This document shows positions 9,026 to 18,000 of a stretch of 64,000 bases of DNA, piece by piece. The position numbers were made by a program, and so were the translations under genes. Source of the DNA: an uncultured Desulfospira sp. GTDB lineage: Bacteria; Desulfobacterota; Desulfobacteria; Desulfobacterales; Desulfobacteraceae. The stretch is from contig OY760175.1 in NCBI GenBank assembly GCA_963663165.1, forward strand, positions 4,800,001-4,864,000, written 5' to 3'. Every line of letters begins with the position of its first letter. The first letter of the stretch is position 1. Below the pieces are notes generated by a model, which saw only the letters and a list, made by a program, of their open reading frames with translations, was not told where the DNA came from and did not search any database.

Positions 9026-12000
9026 CTATGCCGGCTGAGCCTCCCAGGTGACCTTATGGTCGATCCGGTGTTCTTTATCCAGCCGGGCCAGTTTGACCAT
9101 CTGAAATTCGTTGATTTCAATGCAGACCTTGCCTGCTGAATCAGCCAGGGTCAGGTTATAGGTATTGGTTTCCTCTCCGGAGTCTATTTTCCGGGTGATG
9201 CAGTAATAAGGCGTGTTCTTTTCCGGTACACGGTAAAAATTCATCTCCTCAATTTTAAAGGGCAGCACGGTTCTGGAGGATGTCAGAAACTCCAGGAGTC
9301 CGCCGGTCTGGAACATGGCGTCCACCAGGACCGGTGAGGCCTGGAATTTGGGATTCTTCTCTCCTTTGAAAAATTCAGCCTCACTGCTGTCCTCAACCGT
9401 GGTGACCAGGGTGGTGCCGTCAAAGGAGTTGATATCCGTTATGGTGGCGAACAGCCCGAACATGAACAGCCGGTTGGGGTGGTAGACCAGGGAATCTAAA
9501 TCGCCCTCCCAGGACAGGGGAGAAAATGGCCCGATCTCAATGGTTTTTGAATCCGGCCGGGTTTCTGAAAATTCAAATACCCCCTGGTAATGAAGTTTGG
9601 GGTCCCCCATCACCTGTCCTTTGGGGTTTTTAAATACCGATTCTATCCGGCAGGCCACGGCCTGATCGTCTTTGAGGTCCGCCTGGATCATCAGTTCTTT
9701 GGGGCGGCCCTTGAGCAGCTTGATGCCGTAAGGGATATGAAAGTCCTTAAGCCTGGTGAGATGCTCCCGGCCGCCGGTTAGATTCCGGGCCGCCTCGGCC
9801 ATGGTCTCCACGCCGGTGGAGCCCAGGAACAGGGGCACATCCCCCATGGTATGGTCTTCAAGGAAAATGTCGCGGTTCAGGTCCAGGGTCCTGGCCCAGG
9901 CCTTGCTGTCCGGGGTATCTTTGATGGGGTCATCCAGAAAGGGGAATCCTCCGGGGTCTCCCAGGAGCCCGTCGATGTCAAACTCGTAATCCAGGCCGGA
10001 AAAAACCATTTCAGACTCTGTTCTGTCCAAAAGGTCGGCCATGAAGAATTTGACGCCCTGGTCCATGGGCAGGAATTTGATGCCCCGGTCTTCCAGGACC
10101 TTTTTCACCGTGGAATTGGTAGCCATGCCCACCCCGTCCCAGGCGGTCCAGGCATAGACCTTGTACGCCCTTTGAGGATGAAGCTGTTTTTGCCGCAACA
10201 GGGTTTTGCCCAGGAAATCGTTGGCCGCCGTATAATCGGCCTGGCCCTGGTTGCCGAACCGGGCCGTCACCGAGGAAAAGGTCAGAAAATACTTATAATC
10301 CTTTTCCTGGGCCGCCTTGAGCAGGTTCCGCATGCCTTTGATCTTGACATCCGTGACCAGCTCAAAGGACCAGAGCTCCTTTTTGGGGATAAACTGGCTC
10401 ATCTCCATGCCGGCGGCATGGAAGATCCCGTCGATTTCCGGGCAGGCATCCACGGCTTTTTTCACCGCCTCATAATCGGTGACATCGGTGCAGATGTATT
10501 CCACGCTGATCCCCTGGGACCTGAGATATTCCATATTGTCCACAGCGGTCCTGACCCGGTTGAGCCGGTCCAGGGCCCGCTTGATCTCAACGGGCTTTGA
10601 CTTTGGCATATCCTCCCTGAGCATGGCCATGAGCTCGGCACTGGTGGCCTGTTTGTCCAGGAATTTGGGGTCTGTGGCATAGATATCGTTGATATCCAGG
10701 ATCACCAGGTTGACCTTGTACTCCTGGACCACCTGTTTGATGATCTCATAGGTGATGCCGCCGGCCCCGCCGGTGACCAGGAGGGTGTCGTTGTCATTAA
10801 TGATTCTTTCAGTTTGATCCGGGGCACTGGTTTTCATGGACAATACATACCGCTGCAGGTCCTTGTACCCGGCCTCGCACCTTGGGTCATCAGACAACAG
10901 CTCATTGATGAACAGGTCGCTGATTTCAGTCTTGCTTTTCAAGGGGTGAGGGTAAGAAAAATCCACCACCTTGACCCGGGTATGTGCCATTTCCTTGTTC
11001 ACGGTTTTGAGCAGACCGGAAAGGCCCGCAAACATGGGATAGATGTCGTTGCATTCTTTCATATAGGGAAAGATGACCGAATCAAAGGCCATGGTGGCAA
11101 TGAGGGTGCCGGGCTTGTCCAAAACCTCATAAAGGGCCTGGATCAGGACAAAGGTGGATTTGATGGTGGTGTTCAGTTCCGGGTCTGATGCAAATTCATG
11201 GGTTTCCCGGTCAATATAGAAATCGAGGGGGGCCAGATGGATAAACCCGTCCAGATCCGGATGGCCGGACGCCAGTTCTTTTCCCACTAAGGCGGCGGCC
11301 CCAAGATCGGCAAAGGGCAGGGTCACATCCGGGTTCAGATCGGGATCACCCAGGGTGATTACTTCTCCCCCAAGGCGTTTGACCTGCTCGGCCACCACCT
11401 GTGCCATGCCGTGATGGTCAAGGGAAATCAGGATTTTCTTTTTCTTAAAATTCCGGCTTGACAGTTCGGGCAGGGCCGCCTCATTCACCCGGACCACCAG
11501 CCGTTTGATGGGAGAGGCGGGATCCGGAAGGGTATCGGTTTTGGCCGTCTTTTCATTGGCTGAGGGGGCAGGGCTCGGGCCCGATCCGGTTACCGGGATG
11601 GGCTCTTTACCGGAATGATCCGGTTCTGTGGCCCGGGACTCAATGTAGGCCGACAGCCGGGCAATGGTGTTCAACTCCCTGAGCTTAAGATCGTCGGGTA
11701 CATCAAATCCAAAATGGGTGGCCACTTTGCCGAAAATCTCCACCTGTTTGACCGTGTCAATGCCTAAGTCCGCTTCCAGATCCAGTCCCGGCTCCAGCAT
11801 GTCCACGGCATATCCGGTCTGGGCGGCAATAATTTCTTTTACCGTGTCCACAGGATCATTTCCCGGTACCGGGCCTGAGGTCTGGGGAATGGGTTCCGAA
11901 GCGACTGGGTTTTCCTGTGGCTCTGGTTTCGTTGCAGCTGTTCCCCCCCCGGTCCGGCTCACAATATAGTCGGACAGCCGGGCAATGGTGTTCAGGTCCC

Positions 12001-15000
12001 TGAGTTTGAGGTCATCCGGCACGTCAAACCCGAAACGGGTGGCCACTTTGCCGAAAATTTCCACTTGTTTAACCGTATCAATGCCAAGGTCTGCTTCCAG
12101 GTCCAGATCCGGTTCCAGCATGTCGACCGTATAACCGGTCTGTTCGGCAATCACGGCTTTGACGGTTTCCATGGGGCTTTCCAGGGTTTGAGGAGCCTGG
12201 GTATCCCGGGTTTCGAAAGATTCCGGCTCACGCTTTTCAGAAGGTGCTGCCATGGCAGGCCCAACCTTCTGGCTTACATAAGCGGCCAGCTTGTCAATGG
12301 TGTTCAGGTCTCGAAGCTTAAGGTCATCAGGCACGTCAAAGCCAAACCCTGAGGCAATGGTGCCGAAGATTTCCACCTGTTTGACCGTGTCGATCCCCAA
12401 GTCCGCTTCCAGATCCAGGTCGCCTTCCAGCATATCGGCGGCATACCCGGTCTGCCGGGCAATGATTTCCCGGATTCGTTCCACAGGATCGGGGCCTGTA
12501 ACCGGTTCTATCGATGCCGTTGCCGGTTCCACTGTTTGAATATCCGGTTCTTCAACCGGCACACTGTCATCGCCGGCCACCACGCACAGGGTATTGTCAA
12601 TGACCTTGAGTTCCGGGTGCGTTGAGCCCGTGATCTGCTTTAACCAGTTCTGATAGATCAGGTTGCCTTCCACCGGGTTTTCTTCCACCCGCTTGACAAA
12701 CATAAAGGCAAAATGGGAGCCGAACCCTGCAGACAGATGAAGCCCGTATTCGGCATTGATTTTTTCCCGGCCGGAAAAATTAAGGTTCCTGAACCGGTCC
12801 GGCACCTTTTGAAGGTTGGCAATGGGCGGGGCTTTTCGCTTCTGCAGGGCCTTGACCAGGACCACGTCTTCAATGGCTGCGCCTAAGGTGTGGCCGGTAA
12901 ACCCCTTGGTGTTGGAGATGCAGATGGTGTCCAGGTGGTCGGCAAAGGCTGATTCCAAGGCCGTGACCTCGGCATCGGCGGAGCCGCCCCGGGCCGGGGT
13001 ATAGGTTTCATGGGACATGAACAGCAGCTTGTCGGCATAATCCGTTTTGGTCAGGTTGTTCTGCTTCTCCACCTTGGCGATGAACTTGTTCATCTCCCGG
13101 GCCATGTGGGGCACATCAATGTTATAGGTATGATAGGCCGAGTTGGCGATATGGGTGCCCAGGATCTGGCACTGGCCGTTCATGCCGCGCTTGGCTGCGC
13201 ATTTTTCATCTTCAATGACCAGGCCCACGGCCCCGGCCCCCAGGATGGTGCCGTTCCGGTCCTCGTCAAAGGGTTTGGCCGCTTCAGACACCCGTTTTTT
13301 AATGGTGGCGGCGCCCAGGGCCAGAAAGCCTGAACCCACCCACTGGGCCTGGCGCGGGGAAGTGGCGTTCTCGCCGCCCACCACCAGAACCCGTTTGCAC
13401 CGGCCCACCCGGATCCAGTCCTCGGCAATGCCCATGGCCAGGGTGGTGGAGGCACAGGCTGAAGAGACCAGGGTGTTGGGCCCTTTGGCCTTGATGATCT
13501 GGGCTAAATGGGCCGAGCCTAAGGGGCAGGCATTGGCCAGGAAATTCCGGTCAAATTTATAGGTGGTAAAATCCGTTCTTTTCCGGGCCTTGGCCTTGAA
13601 AAACCATTCGGTAATCTCTTCTTTGACATTAAGATCGTTCACCTTTTCCATGAGGAAATAATAGATCTTTTCAAACTCCTCATAGGGTTTGAGGAACAGT
13701 TTTTCATAAAAGTATTTTTCAAGTTCGGCCATAAGGGTTTCGCCGTTGGGCCACAGGGAGGTGATGATCACCCCGGTTTCCTCCTGCATTTCCTCGGGCA
13801 GGGCAAACCCGTCCGGGATCAGGGCTTTGCCGTCTTTCATTTTTTTATACTGCATGACCAGGGGGATGTTGGCATCTTTAAGGGCCTCAATGCCTGCGGC
13901 AATGCCCAAGGACATGGCAATGTCATACTCTTCTTTGATCCCGTATTCATCGGTCAGGTTAAAGTATCCGAGCTGGCCGGCCAGATGGATCACGTCTTCT
14001 GTCTTGGTAATCTGGACAAACCGGGCATTGCCGTCGGGTTCTTTGAACAGCTTGGTAATGTTCTTGTCCGTGATCCTGGCCTGGTCTTCCTGGGACAGGG
14101 ATTCAATAAAATTTTTGCCGTTGAGAATGGCGTCAAAGTTGTCCTTGGCAAAGACGTGCCGGGCCTTTCCGGGAAGCCCTACGGATACCCCTGAAATCAA
14201 GATGCGCCGGGTGTTGAAATCGTACCGTTTGATGGCGTCAATGGCGGCATCCCGTTTCTTGCGCTGAAATTCTTTGTACAGGATTTTGTCAATCAGGCTC
14301 TGGTTGTCCTGTTTAAAGGATTCAAAATCTTCTGAAATGTCGGCCCCGGCCATATCGGCAAATGACAGCTCGTTGCTGACGTTTGCCTGTTCCGGTTCAT
14401 CCGGAAAAGGGTCAACGCCTGGCCGGTCAGGAATCTCTCGGACCGGCCGGGATTTGAACAGGGCGTTCAGGGAGATCAGGTACTGGCGGCAGGCTTCAAA
14501 GGATTCGACCTCGCCTTTTTTGGGGTCCACGGACACGGTGGTGCCGTATTCGCCGATATTGATATACTTGAGCAGGTTGACCAGGAGCCTGGACGGCCCG
14601 ATTTCAATAAAATGGGTTTTGCCCGAGGCATACACATGTTCAATGGACTTGATAAACTCCACCGGCGAGACAATCTGCCGGGCCAGCAGGTCCTTGATTT
14701 CGGTCACCTGTTTGGGATAGGGGGCGGCCAGGGTATTGGAGATGATTCTGCCGTATCCGGCCCGTTTAAAGGTTAAGGTATCCAGGTACTGGCGAAGCTT
14801 TTCCGACGCATCGGCCAGCAGCGGGGTATGGAAGGCCCCGGTGAGGTTAAGCTTCTTGAACATCACCTTTTCTTCTTTCAGGAAGTCGCAGAATTTTTCA
14901 ATGCTTTGGGCCTTTCCCGATACAGCGGTCTGTTTTTCACTGTTTTTATTGGTGATATAGATATCCGATACAAAGGATTTTCGGATCAGTTTTTCGGTTT

Positions 15001-18000
15001 TCTTTTCATTTTCAAAGACCACCATGATTTTGCCGGGCACTTTTAAGGTGGATTCATGCATGAGATCAGATCGTTTAATAACCAGGCGCATGGCATCCTC
15101 AAATCCCAGGATGCCCGAGCAGAAAAGGGCGGTATATTCCCCCACACTGTGGCCGATAAAATAATCCGGAGAAAACCCTTCAAGGGCCAGGCGGCTGCAA
15201 ACGGCGGCCGATGACAGGAATACCGCGGCCTGGGTATTCTGAGTGGAATTTAAGGACTCATCTTCTCCAAACATCAGATCCAGGAGGGAATAGCCCCGCT
15301 GTTCTTTGAAGATGGCCTCACCTTTTTCCATGACCTCCCGGATATGGGCGTCTGATTCAAACAGGGTCTTCATCATGCCCGGATGCTGGGCGCCCTGGCC
15401 GGAGAGCAGGGCCACGATGCGCTGCTTTTTGCCCCCGGGGCCGGCAGACCAGGCCGTGTCTGAAAGGACCCGGTCATCTTCGGGAACTGCCGTAAAGGAA
15501 ACATCCACTACATTATCCACTTTGTGTTGTTCCGGGACCAGGCGGGCCGGCAAGGCTCCCATGATCAAATGGGCATGGTTGCCGCCAATGCCGTTGACGT
15601 TGCTGGCAAACCGCAGGGGCCGGCCCGGTCTGGCATTGGTGAGTTCAAGGGCGGGTTTCAGGATGGCGCACTCTTTGATAATGGAGTGTTCCCGCTCAAA
15701 GTTAAAGTCCGGCAGGATTTTCCCCTTGGCATTCATGAGCATGAGCTTGGCCATGGCCACGGCCGGGTTGGCCGCCTTGAAATATCCGAACTGGGGCTTG
15801 ACGTTGCCGCAGTGCATGGGATGGGAAAAGCAGGCCTGGGTGACCTGTTTTTCAATCATGTCCCCGAAGATATTGGAGAACGCGAACAGATCCAGGTGGT
15901 CCACTTCAGATTTTCGGATGCCGCTTCGCCTGTAGGCCTGGTTGATGGCCGACACAAAGGTGTGTTCCGACGGGGCCAGCAGGTGATCCGGCACCGAAGA
16001 TTTGACCGCACACTCGTTGATTTCCCCCAGGATTTTCATGCCGGATTCGGTGGCCTTTTTATAGGTGGTCAGCACATGAATGGCCGCCCCTTCGCCCATG
16101 ACATACCCGTCTGCCCGGTCGTCAAAAAAGTTGCAGTCCCCGGATGAGAGCAGGCCTAAGCGTTTAAAGGCCATGAGAACCGCCGGATACAGGTTGCAGT
16201 CCACGCCCCCGGCCAGGCAGAAGTCCATGTTTTTTTGTTTTAAGTCCCTGGCCGCATTCCGGATGGCAATCACGGCCGAGGCGCAGGAGGCGTCCACCAC
16301 GTAGTTGGCCCCGTTCAGGCCAAAGTAATTGGTGATCCGGCCCGAGATGATATTGGACAACAGTCCCGGGGTGGTGTCTTCGTTGTTTTCGGGGATGGTG
16401 GACCGGATAACATCTACCAGCTGCCCGGCCACTTTATCCAGAACAGCGTCATCCACATCGGCGGTCTGTTTAATGATGTTGGCCAGCATCAGCTTTCTGA
16501 CCCTTAAGATGTTTTTGCTCTGCCGCTCCCCCGGTATGGTCCCGAGGATCACCCCGGTCCGGGCGGCGGCCTGTTCCTGTTTCAGCAGTCCTGATGATTC
16601 CAGGGCCTCGGAGGCGGCGGTCAGGCCGAACAGCTGGCCCCGTTCAACGGATTTGACCATGGTGGGGGGCATCCGGTATTTCAGGTTGTTGAACTGAAAG
16701 TCTTTGACAATCCCGGCTTTCAGGTGGGGCAGATGGTAATGGGATTTTTTATCCAGCCGGCTGTAGGCGTCATTGTCAAAGTGTTCACCCGGGATCTGAG
16801 ACAGCTGCTTTTCTCCGGATACCAGCTTTTCCCAGAATTCTTCGCTGTTTTTTGCGCCGGGTAGAAACACCCCTAAACCGGCCACAACAATCCGGTCGTC
16901 GTTAAAATCATAAGACAGGTCCCTGAAAAAATCCCGGGGCACTGGAACGTAGGACGGGGTCATCTCTTCTAAAGCCACGTGGTAGTTGATTCCCCCGAAC
17001 CCATAGGAAGACACGGCCGCTTTCCGGGATTGGCCGTCCCGGGGTTCCCAGGGCTGCTGATCTTTAACAATATAAAGGGAGGACCCGGACAGGTCATGGC
17101 TTGAAGACAGGGTTTCAAAATTTCCATTGGGGGGCAGCACCCCTTTTTGGACGGCCAGCAGGGCCTTGAGCAGGCCCGCCGACCCGGCACACCCGAGCAG
17201 ATGGCCGATCTGGGATTTAATGGAAGAGACCCCGGCCCTGGCCCCGGTGTATCCGGCGGTCAGGGTTTCAAGCTCGGCCTGGTCCCCGATAATGGTAGCG
17301 GTGCCGTGGGCCTCAATGAATTCAATCTGATCGGGGTGAAAGCCTTTTCTGGTGTTCTCATAGCAGCGCTGGATACTTAAAAGCTGCCCCTTGGGATTCG
17401 GGGCCGCAATGGCCTTGCCCTTGCCGTCGGAACTGGACCCGATGCCGTTGATGATGCCGAAAATCTGGTTGTTATCCCTGAGGGCATCTTTCATCCGTTT
17501 GAGGACGAACACCACCGACCCTTCGCCGAGAACAAACCCGTCGGCCCGCTGGTCAAAGGGATGTGATCCCGTGGCGGACAGGGTCCCCATTTTGGCAAAC
17601 CCAATAAAGGATTCCGGTGCCAGGTGGGTGTTGACCCCGCCCACGATGACCTGGTCAACTTCCCCTGACAGCAGCTCTCCGGCCGCCGCATCCAGGGCCG
17701 TGATTGATGAGGCGCAGGCCGCATCCACAATATAATTGACACCTCTGATGCCCAGATGCCGGGCAATCCTGGAGGCTTCAATGTTCAGCAACATGCCGTG
17801 AACCGGGTCATACCCCTTGTTTTCGCCTTCGATCCCATCCAGAAGGGCCTGGTTGATTTTTTCTTTTTCTTCGGGGTCAAGGGCCTGATAAGCCTCGGTC
17901 TTTTCCAGCATGGAAACCAGTTGAGGATACCAGTACTTGAGCTGAAGGTCATTGCCCAGTTCATTGGACAGGCAGGTGGCAATGATGACGGAGGTCCGGG

